NCBI GenBank assembly: GCA_946965045.2
Contig: OX337235.1
Coordinates: 3,038,001 to 3,102,000 of the forward strand
Reading direction: 5' to 3'
DNA: 64,000 bases
DNA from: Epithemia pelagica
Taxonomy: Eukaryota; Protista; Bacillariophyta
Made by a program: the position numbers and the translations under genes. How positions within the stretch are numbered: the stretch's first letter is position 1; the number at the start of each line of letters is the position of its first letter. Below are positions 1-10,574 of this stretch, piece after piece. The notes under the pieces are model-generated. The model was not told the DNA's origin. It was given only the letters and a program-made list of their open reading frames with translations, and made no database searches.

Positions 1-775
1 TGCTTTGGACACCCCCACTACTATTCTGGAAAAATGGATGACCCTGGTGTACCAGATCGTCTTGCAGCACGCCATGTCTCCAAAATTGAATATGCCCATC
101 ATCCAAGGCACTAATGAGGGTTCCATTTTGTGGCAAGACGGCCAAATCGTTGATATACGCTCGTCGTAGTTCCATCCCCATCACCACCCGACCTAGTACT
201 GTTGTTGTTGCAGCAGCAGCAGCAGAGGTATTTGTATCGGATGATGTTGAATCTGCTTTTGCATCGTCTTTCTTTGTCGGTTGTTGCTGCTCCAAGAGCA
301 AGGATTCAATGTGTCGTTGGGGTATCCCCGATACGTAATGGTTGTACGCGTACCATTCGGTTTTGTTGTCATTTCGTTCGTACGGTGGTTTCTGTATGGC
401 CGGTATCATCCCAATGACTTGGTCTGATTCTGGGTCATTGTTTCTCATGGCCATTCTTCGTTCTTGTTCTTGCAATTCTTGAGGTGTCATGTCTTCGACA
501 AACTTGATGGGTGTGGCGGACTGTTGTGGTAAGACGGCGGCCGATCCAATCAAGGTCACTACCATGGTGGTTGTCGACAGCGAACTAAACGAATAGTCGT
601 CCTGGAGGATTCCCTTCCAACCACCCTTTTTGGCCAATAGCTTTTGTCGTTCGACGGGGACACCCGTCAAGGATTGTATCCGTTCCTTGAAGGATGCCAG
701 CGAATCGACGTGTGGATCCAACTCCATCGAAAACGTTTGTTTGGACCATTTCAAGGTAATGGCAATCATTTTCAT
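1..775 (-). CDS. USP14/Ubp6-type ubiquitin-like domain followed by WD40 repeat(s); 3'-partial, runs off the window edge
   Basis: Not in ORF track (stop lies outside window). Manual translation from ATG 775: MKMIAITLKWSKQTFSMELDPHVDSLASFKERIQSLTGVPVERQKLLAKKGGWKGILQDD...VTLIGSAAVLP...KFVEDMT (USP14-like Ubl plus linker), then YINDLAVLPQNGTLISALDDGHIQFW (WD40-like). Open to position 2. Confidence 0.8.
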   Translation of the reverse strand, partial: MKMIAITLKWSKQTFSMELDPHVDSLASFKERIQSLTGVPVERQKLLAKKGGWKGILQDDYSFSSLSTTTMVVTLIGSAAVLPQQSATPIKFVEDMTPQELQEQERRMAMRNNDPESDQVIGMIPAIQKPPYERNDNKTEWYAYNHYVSGIPQRHIESLLLEQQQPTKKDDAKADSTSSDTNTSAAAAATTTVLGRVVMGMELRRAYINDLAVLPQNGTLISALDDGHIQFWRHGVLQDDLVHQGHPFFQNSSGGVQS

Positions 776-1145
776 TTTGTACAATGCACGCTTGCTTCTT
801 TCAATGCTCTTTTATGCAGCAACCGAAGGTTATTGGAGCTTTTGTGAAGATGGTGAAGGATGATCCGTCACTGTGATGGGTTGATGTTGACAAAGATTGG
901 TGTCCCGAGTCGGGTGTTTGCGGCTTCCATTTGGATCGATTGTGTTCTTGGACGCGTTCTCGTTACACATTTTCCGGACGACGGACGAGCGAGCTCGACG
1001 CTATGTGCTCTTCACTTCTCTATTGGGAGTAGGAGTATCTAGAGAGCTACGAGGAGCTACTCCTAGTATCGATGTGCCGATGCCGAAGAGATCATGATTC
1101 CTCTCTATATTTTGGTTGCATCCTTTTCTCTAGAGCAGTGACTAT

Positions 1146-2525
1146 CTATACTGAAGCCGCATTCAAGAAATCTCCGCTCCGGAATTTAAGTCTCGCACCG
1201 TTCAATGGTCCCCATGTCATTTGGACCACAGCATTCGTGGACGCAATGTATCGAGAAAAATCGGGGCCGAGAACCAGTGCCACTTCTCTCCGTCCACTTT
1301 GATTGTCATTATCTGCCCGTATCTGAAGAAAATACAGTTTGGAAATATCGCCCTTCGTATTGGTCACGACATCCATCTCAAGGATCACATCGCCAGAAGA
1401 AAACGGTTGTGCATAGATGGATGCCGAAACAACCCGCACCACGCTATCAAGAGTTTTCTTCATCTTGATGAACCATGGAGTGCTTTTGAAGCTGGAAGTT
1501 TCAACCACACTAGTCACAAGGTCATTGGCTGTGATTGTGGAGTTGTTGGCGTCATTGCACATGGTATCAACCGTTATATCAACCATCGCGTTCTGGAAAC
1601 TATTCACCTTGTTTCCGAACACAAGAGACATGGAGTTCGACTCGGATTTCCCAAGCGCAATGTTTTCAGTGACAGTGCACATCCACTCCATGGTTTGTGT
1701 GTTGACCTCCAGGTTAATGTTGGAATTTTTCAAAGAGAGCGATTTCTTTTGCGGCAGGATTGGTAACGTCAAATCGCTAATCACACGCCCTCCAATGCGC
1801 CATGCCTTTGATTCAGAATCATCTTTGCTGATATGAACCTTGGCAGCAAGTGTGTGTGAATTGTCCAGTTTTGCAACCAAGGTCCCATAGCCGGATATGG
1901 AAGGCTTGCCCATTTTTTGTATTGTCATCTTGACATCTTTTAGGGCAATGTCCTTGGTGAGCCGAATTGCCTTTTCCCTTGTCACAACCAACTTGCCCTG
2001 GGCCAGTCCGTCCAGTAGCTTCTCGAGGTAGATCAAATCTTTGCCATATTTGGCCGCAAATTCCAAAAAAATCTCCACGGCCCGGACATATTGACCAACA
2101 TATGGAATGTCACCAGCCAGTTCAATTACTTCATCAATAAGCTCCTTGTGTTTCAAGTAAAACTCCTCGGCTTCTTCGAGTGTTCGAACCGTGTCATCCG
2201 CAATGGTAACCGTGCGCTTGAAACACCGGTTTGGTTTCGCAGTACGACCCGCAGCAGGTACTGGCTTCGAATCACTCTTCTTCTTTGCTTGCAGACGACT
2301 CGTAGTGTCATCTGTCAAAGTTGGTTTTGATCGAGTTGATGCCTTACTGACCGCAGTAGTGGATACCGTGCCAACTTGCTCCCTCTTTGGTTGCTGATGA
2401 TTCGTCGAAGTGCGGTTCATGGAGGCTGTCTTTACTCCAGTTGATTCCTTGATCGTCAAAGTATTCGTGGGTGCAGCGTCGACGACTTGTTGTTTCTTTG
2501 GCTGCGGACGAGTTGTGTTCACCAT
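1146..2525 (-). CDS. Hypothetical protein (459 aa): low-complexity basic N-terminus, helical middle, beta-rich C-terminal half
   Basis: Long intact ATG-initiated ORF; no family recognised. Confidence 0.7.
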   Translation of the reverse strand: MVNTTRPQPKKQQVVDAAPTNTLTIKESTGVKTASMNRTSTNHQQPKREQVGTVSTTAVSKASTRSKPTLTDDTTSRLQAKKKSDSKPVPAAGRTAKPNRCFKRTVTIADDTVRTLEEAEEFYLKHKELIDEVIELAGDIPYVGQYVRAVEIFLEFAAKYGKDLIYLEKLLDGLAQGKLVVTREKAIRLTKDIALKDVKMTIQKMGKPSISGYGTLVAKLDNSHTLAAKVHISKDDSESKAWRIGGRVISDLTLPILPQKKSLSLKNSNINLEVNTQTMEWMCTVTENIALGKSESNSMSLVFGNKVNSFQNAMVDITVDTMCNDANNSTITANDLVTSVVETSSFKSTPWFIKMKKTLDSVVRVVSASIYAQPFSSGDVILEMDVVTNTKGDISKLYFLQIRADNDNQSGRREVALVLGPDFSRYIASTNAVVQMTWGPLNGARLKFRSGDFLNAASV

Positions 2526-2741
2526 GATGATGTTTTGCTATTTTTTGTGTTTCTCTCGAACAATGTTTTGTTTTGTGAGCAGAGTTCTGAATCCTCCGTA
2601 CCTTGCAAAACAATACTTGGGGGGATTATTCGCGGGGTAAGGACAACTGGTTTACGGTCGAGCGCACTGGAGATTCAGCGCTTGACAAACTCCCGCATAA
2701 AATGTGCCTTTCGGCTGGACATTCTGCTTCTCTAGAGGTGT

Positions 2742-2912
2742 CGAAGAGACACTACGACAAACATCCTTGGCACGTGCCGTTTCGGTCTGTCCGAGAGATC
2801 GCAGTCGGTTCTGTCACCGAAAACTTGGTCCGTTGAGATTTGTAAACAAGATTCTAAATCTAAACGATAGACACATAGTTTTGCCGAAGGCCTCTGAAAC
2901 CAAAAATGGCTC
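2742..2912. repeat. Split direct repeat B2 (element 3' terminus)
   Basis: Matches 3171-3328 except for a 13-bp extra segment ACACATAGTTTTG at 2871-2883. Confidence 0.95.
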
Positions 2913-2932
2913 ACCGGGGAAGGGGAAATTTT

Positions 2933-3170
2933 AAGATTAGCTAACTAGAATCGTTGCGATCTCGAACTCGTCTCGTAGTCGTTGCAAAGATGCTGAACCC
3001 AAGAAGAGTGAGCTCTTCTCACGCTCCAACGACTCTGCATCAGGGTCATCCTAAAACTTCCGATTGTGGGAATCAAATCGGATGCTCGCCTCGCGTCGAG
3101 GAGGCGGAGCAGTCGCACCGCTGTTGTCTCTGGCCAGCATCGGCCACGTCACTCCACCCAGTACAGACAC
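2933..3170. repeat. Split direct repeat A2 (internal copy)
   Basis: Matches 10575-10822 except that it lacks the 10 bp GGTCGCGGAG (10771-10780). Confidence 0.95.
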
Positions 3171-3328
3171 CGAAGAGACACTACGACAAACATCCTTGGC
3201 ACGTGCCGTTTCGGTCTGTCCGAGAGATCGCAGTCGGTTCTGTCACCGAAAACTTGGTCCGTTGAGATTTGTAAACAAGATTCTAAATCTAAACGATAGC
3301 CGAAGGCCTCTGAAACCAAAAATGGCTC
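3171..3328. repeat. Split direct repeat B1 (internal copy, abuts A2, forming the circle-junction sequence)
   Basis: Direct repeat of 2742-2912; junction ...GTACAGACAC|CGAAGAGAC... at 3170/3171. Confidence 0.95.
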
Positions 3329-3374
3329 CACTACCATCAAACCCGATATTACAATCCAACGATGTCCAGCTGGG

Positions 3375-4800
3375 CTAGAAGTCGAGATGGAGAGTGGTGG
3401 GGAAGTGATGTTGGGGATCTTGGCCATTGAAGGTGTTAAAGAGGTTTTCATCCGGTGATTCGAGAGCAGTCTCGCTGTTCGTTTGAAGGGCCGGATCAAC
3501 GAGGTTGTCGAGTCGGTTCCGCAGGTGTTCCAAGGAGGCGATGCGGGAAGCTGTTGTTGAGTTGTCAACATGCCGAAAGTCGGTAGTGTTGAGCATTAAT
3601 TGGGCCATGCCCGTGGTCCATTCAAGAACCTGTGGTCGGATATATTTCATGAAAGAGGTCGAACTCCATCTTCCAAGAATCACTATCTTGACGACGGAAC
3701 AATCAGCCAGGAACAGGGCCATGGCGGCTCTTGATCTGAGAGAGTGCGTGCCGATATCCATTGGGTGGTAGCCAAAGGCGTTGACTCCGCCGCCCAATAC
3801 ACAGGTTTCTCGTAACAGGTTGCGAGTATCTTCTTGTTGGACGAAGCGAGGGGGAAGGGATGGGTTGGATGGGTCAAACCAACAATTCACTGTCGTGGAT
3901 GGGGGAGCTTTTGGACGGTAGTGGAGAATCCGACGAATGACGCGGCCCCAGAGAAGGACTGGGTCGAGGATGGGGTCATTCGTTCTGCTCTGGGTACGAG
4001 TTTCAGCTTTGTGGTTGTTCTTTTGGTCTCAGAACGTTATCGAGACGTACTTCGCGAGGCGGTGAAAGTTGGGGTGGTTGGCGGCGATCGTTTCGTGTTT
4101 CTTGGCGGTGAAGAACACGATGTCACCGATTGTTAGGAGTTTTGTTTTTCCTCTGTGGGGCACGGTCGTAATCTTGCAGCTTCTGCATCCAAAGAAGAAG
4201 CCGCATCCTGCGAGGTCGGCGACGACGGCTTTGAAGGTGGAGAAGTCGTAGACGCGTGGTGGGTTGGTGAGTCTGTTGGTTCGACAACAGTGGAGCCAGA
4301 GGAAACGGAGATGTTTGGTGGTAATGGCTTTCTCTCCTTTTTCGGGGGGGGGGGGGGTCCAAATTTGACCACGCGCGTTTGAGGGAGGCGACGAGGGGGT
4401 GGACGTGATGGCTGTCTTGACAGTGGCAGGGGCTCGGCCGGTCATGATGCCGGAAGCACGATGCCAAGTCTCCAATGGCTTGGCCAAGAGTGCTTGCTTG
4501 AAGAGGGTTCGAGCGGTCGCGATTCTTGGTGAATTCGGCGTCTCGGAGGGATTGCAAGAAGGAACATGCGATGCTGGCTCTGTGGTTGGATGCTTTGATG
4601 GACTCGAGGAGTGGATCGTGACCGAATCCAATCTTGTCGAGGTGTTCTGTCCATCGCTCCCAGACTTTGTCGCGCTTTTGGTGTGCTCCTTCGGTCTTGC
4701 CGAAGAAGATTCTGGACACGCTGGCACGATCGAGGAGATCCAGCATGTGATCTCGTTGGGGAGTGGTTTGATGCGAAAATTCGCGGGAATCTGAGAACAA
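3375..4800 (-). pseudogene. Tyrosine recombinase of the YR retrotransposon (frameshift plus in-frame stop)
   Basis: N-terminal part in the 4800 frame (WERWTEHL...LKRAWSNLDPPPP), frameshift in the 14-G run at 4344-4357, then GFFFGCRSCK...SITF*(TGA 4029-4031)DQKN...GTHSLRS...LGRWSSTSFMKYIRPQV to stop 3375. 5' part overlaps the pol 3' end in another frame. Confidence 0.88.
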
Positions 4801-7671
4801 AAATTTTTGTGAAGAAAAAGGGTAAGTTCGTTATCGTTAAGATGCCAATGTCGTGACAAGATATCTGACACATCGTTCTTGCTCCCTGGAATATGCTCGG
4901 CTTGAAGGGAGAACTTGTGGTGAAGAATAAGTTCTGTTAGCTTCTTGGAGACTTGGACATGCAACGGCTTGTCAGATCCGAAGGATGATTTGTACATCCA
5001 GCCGACGGCGGACGAGTTGTCGGAGAGACTCAGTACGGCCGAGTTTTCTTCGATGCCATCGAACCAACAATCAACCCACATTGACACAACAATTGCAATG
5101 TATTCAAAAAGATTGTTGGTGCGTGTGTTGGTGGATGATGGGTCGAGTTGGGCAAGAGCTTGGAGTCTTGCTGGGTCGATTCGGAAGCGCCATGCTCTGC
5201 CGGATCGCACCGAGTAACCGCCCATCCCTTCGGGGCAGGAGTCGGCATGGAAGAGATGGGTGGGAACGCGACAAACCAGTCGATTGAGCGAGATGCCGTT
5301 GTGGGCATGTTGGAGGAGAGACGACCACATTTCAAGATCCTTGGCGATGGAGTCTGGAATGGAGTACCGATAGAATGATGGAGGGACGTCTGTGTTGGGT
5401 CGAGGGCGTTTTGGATTCTTATTCGTCTCTGGTGGTTTTGCTTTCTGTTTCTGTCGGAACGCCCGTTCAATGAAGGTTTGGTACTCGCGAAGGCGAGACA
5501 ACCAAAAGGATGCGTGGGGTATGCCTTTGGTGGCATGTAATAATTTTCCAACCACACTGCGGAGGTTGTGGAAGGTGGTGCGACAGGTCTTGAGAAGATG
5601 TTGTACTTCTCGGGTCCAACCAATCAGTTTGTCTTTTGGGAGACAAAGGAGGAGTCGTCTTGTGTCAACAATCCACCCGAGAACTCGTTGTTCTTCAGCG
5701 GGTGCACCTTCGGCTTCGAGTTTGTCGGCTTCCAGCATATCTTTTCGTGTAATTGGTTCGTCCTTGGCAACTGGTCGTGTCATGAGATGGACGACGAGAG
5801 GAACGATGCTCGGACATCGGCCAAGGTGAGGGTTGGTTGCAAGGAAGACTTGTATCATATCATCCAGATATGAATCGTGAAAACCATGGGGACGAGTTGG
5901 GACGCTGACGGCCAATTCACAGGCGGGTGCAATGGGAATGTCCTCTGGGAGATATTTGGGTCCTCCAATTCCTTCTTGGAGGGGCGATTGACAAAGGTCT
6001 GGCTGCCATTCATCGAAATCGGCCAGGTCGTTGCAGAAGTCAGTTCCAATTTCCGAGACGATGGAAAATTCGGCCGGGTTGGCGGAAGCTCCAAACGTCA
6101 AGCGGAGATTTAGGTGGGCAAAGGAATTGGAGGGATCGATGGTTATATTCCTTGCTGCAACATCGCCGTCGCCGTGAACTCGGCGGTATGCGGAGGACCA
6201 ATCAAACTTGCTGATAAGGATACGATCGGTGGGAAATGCCAGACGCAATGCAACGATTTGATGGAGGACTCTATCTATACAGTGACCCATCACAAGGTCA
6301 ATCAATTTGCTTTGATCAATCAAATCGTTGGTCGAGGGGCAAAATCCGAGGGAAAAGGATTGGTCGTGTGTCAAACGGTCTTTCGGAACAAGGTCGCCGT
6401 TGGCCCGTTTGGTGGGCGACACCCATGGGACTGATTCGACTATGCTTGATGCGTTTGGCACAGTTGAATGTGATTGGAAGAGAGAATCCTTTAGAAGCGT
6501 CTTTCCGGAGAACTTTTGAAAGAGCTTCGGGATTTTTCTTGCCAGAAGCGTGATTGCCGTATTCGAGGATTGCCTCGTTTTCAGCGCGTCTGGCTGGCTC
6601 GTCTTCCTCAGCTGTGAGAGGATAGGAGACACCATGCGTGATATTGTGGTGAAACCGTGACCAGTATGGGTGGCCGGCTAGGAGTGGTTCAAGAATTTGG
6701 GCTGTGCAAAATTCCGAGCCGGGTGTGATGACGGAGTCGGGGTGACTGTCGATCACTCGTTGCATGTCAAAATCAAACCGTTCAATCAGCTGTGAGTTGA
6801 AGGTTGCATTGGACAAAACAACAGAATCGTCAATAGAGTGAGGAAAGGGTGATGGCTTGGGGGTTGGTGGCTCGTGATCGGCGATGAAAAGCATGACGGA
6901 GAGACGGATTGGGTGGCGAATAGGTTGGAGTGGGGGAGGGGCCAGTCTTGTGGGAAAGATTTCGGAAATCTCGTTGGGAAGGTAGCATTTGCCAGAACTT
7001 GGGGAACTGAACGTCGTGTCATCTGCAATATTAAACTCACCTAGTAATTTTAAATCCGCTTGTCGAGCCTGTTCCAATCGTTTTACATTCCTTGCTAGGG
7101 ACTTGCCTGTGAAATCAGACCCGATGATCGCGGAGGAACTCCCTGGGAGAGATTCCGCAATTTGTGAGGGCAGATTTTCAGAATGAGAACTTGGGGGACT
7201 TGGGGGTCTTGTAGAAGAATCAACGATAAGGGAATCTGTTGGGTGATCCTTGGAAGTTGGTCGGGGGTGACTGTTGGCAGTCGTGGGGCTGGAAGTGGGT
7301 GCGTCAACGGACGCGGATATCTTGGGAGCAGAATCAGACGTGATGACACATTGATTCTGAACGGACGAGATCAGATCGGAGAGTTCTCGTTGACAAGTCT
7401 CTGGATATTTTGAATAATCCTGGGTGATGTGATGAATCAAGAAAGGATTCGCAGTGCTTGGAATCTTGGGTTTGTGGTCTGACGACGGTGTCGCCAATGG
7501 GGGAAGGAAGGATGGGACAATTTCGGATGAGAGTGGTGGAGGTGGAGCAAGAGGCTTCAAGTGGGAAGAAGACTCCGCAACTATAGTATTACTATTAATG
7601 GTGGGTTGAGAGTCGTCTCGCGACAAAAGAGGAGGAATCGAAGATGAGGCAACAATCAACCCGTCCTGGCG
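4344..7671 (-). pseudogene. Pol (reverse transcriptase + RNase H) of the YR retrotransposon, frameshifted near 6405
   Basis: ORF 7659-6316 (GSEF...LEPLL..HP.W...RISPMGVAHQT) continues out of frame as ANGDLVPKDRLTHDQS... in ORF 6635-4029 with YLDD and RNase H motifs. 3' boundary approximate. Confidence 0.88.
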
Positions 7672-10554
7672 TCAATTGTTGTTGACGTTGGCGTACGCGG
7701 AGCGGTAAAACTCGTCCATCGCCGCTTTCTTGTCATGCTTGCTGGGATCGTCATGGAGGAATTTACACTTCTTCCCTTTCTTGCAAATCCCTTTGGTGAA
7801 AAGAATATTGCAGAAATGTTGTTTCTTGTTGTTCTTTTCGACGAATGGGATGTTTGTGAGAACGCTTGGGGGAAAGACACGCATATAATTCGCATTCTCG
7901 GGAATCCGCCAATTGGAAGGAGAATCGAAAGTGATGGGGGTCTTGTTGGTCTCAGAATTCGACGAGGAAGAATTTTGTTGTCGCTTGGAGCTCGGGGAAC
8001 CGTCATCAAAGCCACCGGATCGTTTCTTCTGGGAAGTCTTCTGTCGGTTTGCTTGGAATTTGGCTTGGAGAGCTGGAGGAAGAGAGACTAAGGTCAAACC
8101 AGTCTTGACGGTGAAAAGAATCCAATTCACTCGCTCTTCAAAGTCTCGGAATCCCACGTCTCCAATGGATGATGCACTCGAAAGGGTAGAGACGAATTCT
8201 TGGACGGCCTCGTCGATGGCAAACAGAAATTGGCCAAAATAAAAATCGTTGCCAGAGCTTTGTTGTTTGGCCATGATCTTGGTGCGAAACTGATGATAAA
8301 AGTTCAAGACTTTGAGGATCTGGTTCGCAATTGCTGAAGAGGCACCGCAAAGTCCTTTTGCACAAGCCCAAAAGGAACGAAGTTGTTTTTTGAATTCATC
8401 GGCGGTTCTTGGGAAGAACAAGTTGTGGTCCGAGTAAAGTTGCTGCATCTCCTTTGACTGCTTCATGTCATTGAGATGACATAAGGAAGCATCGTGGATT
8501 TGCTGGCGAATATTCTTGTCCAAGGTGTTGTTTGAATCTAGCCCCGGAATTGCGTACGGGTCGAATGAAAAGGGGCTGAAGCCACCAGGACAAGCCTCCG
8601 ATTTCCAATGCAATCCAAGTCGTTGGATCACAGTGCATTGGCCGAAAAGGATTGTGCACGCATTGTCGGATGGGTCGAACACTTCTGCAAGGAAAGACTC
8701 AAAGAATGTCGCTGAATTCTTTGACTTCCAAACAATCTTGATGATCGGAGACAGTTCGTCCGGGAGAGATGTTGCCTTTGGTGTAATCGATCCCAGACGT
8801 AATTGTTTTTGGGCATTCAAGGGTATGTCCCTAAACATGCTCTTGGACTCTGGAGCAGTGATATCGTCCTCATTTCCACTCTTCTTGGAAGTAACTTCTT
8901 TGATACATTTTGAGAGCAAGACCATTTCGGGAGAGACGAAATGAACGTTGCCTTCATCGTCCAACATGCGAACGCCGCCTTCAGGAGAAGAACGGTCACG
9001 CAATTGTGAAGAGTCTGGAAGAGGCAAACAATCAACCGGTGATGGTGACCGAAAGCGCACACTTGAGGAGGACCGACGAAGGGATGGGCGTCGAGGGACA
9101 AAGGACTGTTCTTGTGGGTGCGAATCGTTTTTGGGAAAGATTCGAGAACGATGATCCAACAATGTAGTAGTATTCGCTTTCTGTGGGTCTGCAGGGATGG
9201 ATGGGAAGACGGACTGTAGCTTGGGATTCTTTGGACGATGGAGAACAATCCACAAAAAACGAATGATTGGTTCCTGAATCTGGAGAAGAGGGTAATCGAT
9301 CGGCATACCTAACTTCTTGGACTCTGGGGACAGATCTCTGGAGGCTTCCCACCAGTGAAACAAAGCCACTTTATACAATCCACTTGCAATATCTTCGAAT
9401 GACACGGTAATGTCTTGGCTCGAACGGTCAGTATTGTGGAGCATCAGACCAGACAAGCATGGAGGAAGAAGACACAAACTTGAGCATAGAAATTCACGGT
9501 CAGACTTCGAGCCAGTGTCGGAGGAGGAAGCTACGGTGAAGGTCTTGAACTTGGAGGGATCAAATGAGAGATGGGGAACGGACGAAGAATCGGAGAAATC
9601 GTCGATCTCAACAACACAATGTTCAAGGATCTCGGCAAAGGTCGGAACATTAGGGAAAACATGTTCGGACAAGAAAAGGGGAATGTCGTCACTGTCGATC
9701 TGAAAGGGCGGAGACTCGAATGAGATTCGGTCAAGACCATAGAATGTCGCTTGAAGATCCACGAACGTTCCACAATCGGCAGGGCAGCAGATGTTGTGGA
9801 AGAGGAAGGGGCGTCCATTGCGAGACAAACCAAGGAATGCCAGTGGGTGGCTCTTCAGCTTCGAGGTCAGCCAAACATGGAGATCGTCGGAGGAGGATAG
9901 ACGGTTAAAGCTGGAGCACACCTGCGACCACAAGGTAGGGTCCCGAGAAAGAGCGACGTGAAATGGCTGGAGAAAAGAGTCGCACCAGTCGATCGGGTCG
10001 ACTTTTGTCAACTTTGAGAAGATATGTTCCAAGGCTTTGTCTCCAAGCGAATGGAAGTCCTGCGTAAAGTAGAACTCATGGCGGTAGGCGCCTGCACGGA
10101 GAGAGGACGACGGATTGTCGTTGTTGACGTCGTCACCATCCTTGTCGTCAACAAGGATGAAACCATCCTTATCAAGGGCACTTGGAGGAGCATCTTCATC
10201 GGAGCGGGATGTGGAAGACTTGCGAACCGGAGGAAGCGGAGCCTTAAGCTTCTTGTTGTCAGACTTGGACAGGAACTTGGACTTGGAGGAGGCAACAGCA
10301 TCCAAGAAGGCTTGTTCTTGGAGGTCAGCGTAAGAATCCACCGAAGAGTCATCAGCTTTAGCATGGTGATCCTTGAGGGAAGACTTGTCGGAGGCGGAAG
10401 GCTTGCGATCGCCATTCGAATCATCGGGTTGGGAGACGACCGCCGCCGCCGTGGGAGCAGACAAAGAAGGAGAAGGGGGATCAGATCCTTTCGTCGACGT
10501 CGGCGTCTTACCAAAGAGATCCTCAAGGAAAGGGTTGGAACCGGTAAAAGTCAT
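7672..10554 (-). CDS. Gag-like ORF1 of the YR retrotransposon with C-terminal CCCH zinc finger
   Basis: ~960-aa ORF starting (ATG 10554) just inside repeat A1; CNILFTKGICKKGKKCKFLH = C-x8-C-x5-C-x3-H at 7753-7812. Confidence 0.85.
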   Translation of the reverse strand: MTFTGSNPFLEDLFGKTPTSTKGSDPPSPSLSAPTAAAVVSQPDDSNGDRKPSASDKSSLKDHHAKADDSSVDSYADLQEQAFLDAVASSKSKFLSKSDNKKLKAPLPPVRKSSTSRSDEDAPPSALDKDGFILVDDKDGDDVNNDNPSSSLRAGAYRHEFYFTQDFHSLGDKALEHIFSKLTKVDPIDWCDSFLQPFHVALSRDPTLWSQVCSSFNRLSSSDDLHVWLTSKLKSHPLAFLGLSRNGRPFLFHNICCPADCGTFVDLQATFYGLDRISFESPPFQIDSDDIPLFLSEHVFPNVPTFAEILEHCVVEIDDFSDSSSVPHLSFDPSKFKTFTVASSSDTGSKSDREFLCSSLCLLPPCLSGLMLHNTDRSSQDITVSFEDIASGLYKVALFHWWEASRDLSPESKKLGMPIDYPLLQIQEPIIRFLWIVLHRPKNPKLQSVFPSIPADPQKANTTTLLDHRSRIFPKNDSHPQEQSFVPRRPSLRRSSSSVRFRSPSPVDCLPLPDSSQLRDRSSPEGGVRMLDDEGNVHFVSPEMVLLSKCIKEVTSKKSGNEDDITAPESKSMFRDIPLNAQKQLRLGSITPKATSLPDELSPIIKIVWKSKNSATFFESFLAEVFDPSDNACTILFGQCTVIQRLGLHWKSEACPGGFSPFSFDPYAIPGLDSNNTLDKNIRQQIHDASLCHLNDMKQSKEMQQLYSDHNLFFPRTADEFKKQLRSFWACAKGLCGASSAIANQILKVLNFYHQFRTKIMAKQQSSGNDFYFGQFLFAIDEAVQEFVSTLSSASSIGDVGFRDFEERVNWILFTVKTGLTLVSLPPALQAKFQANRQKTSQKKRSGGFDDGSPSSKRQQNSSSSNSETNKTPITFDSPSNWRIPENANYMRVFPPSVLTNIPFVEKNNKKQHFCNILFTKGICKKGKKCKFLHDDPSKHDKKAAMDEFYRSAYANVNNN

Positions 10555-10574
10555 GATGAACAAGGTAAACTCAG

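Noticed and set aside
1025-1070. TAGGAGTA/TACTCCTA motif, also near 47910, 48160, 61203 and 62893
   Set aside because: Short motif consistent with a general CTAG/TAGTA intergenic bias; no larger structure.
2913-2932. GGGGAAGGGGAAA as a polypurine tract
   Set aside because: It is purine-rich on the strand opposite the element's sense RNA.
2742-3328. Repeats as a CRISPR array or simple tandem duplication
   Set aside because: Units are 158-248 bp, only two of each, and one partner lies 7.4 kb away; geometry fits split direct repeats.
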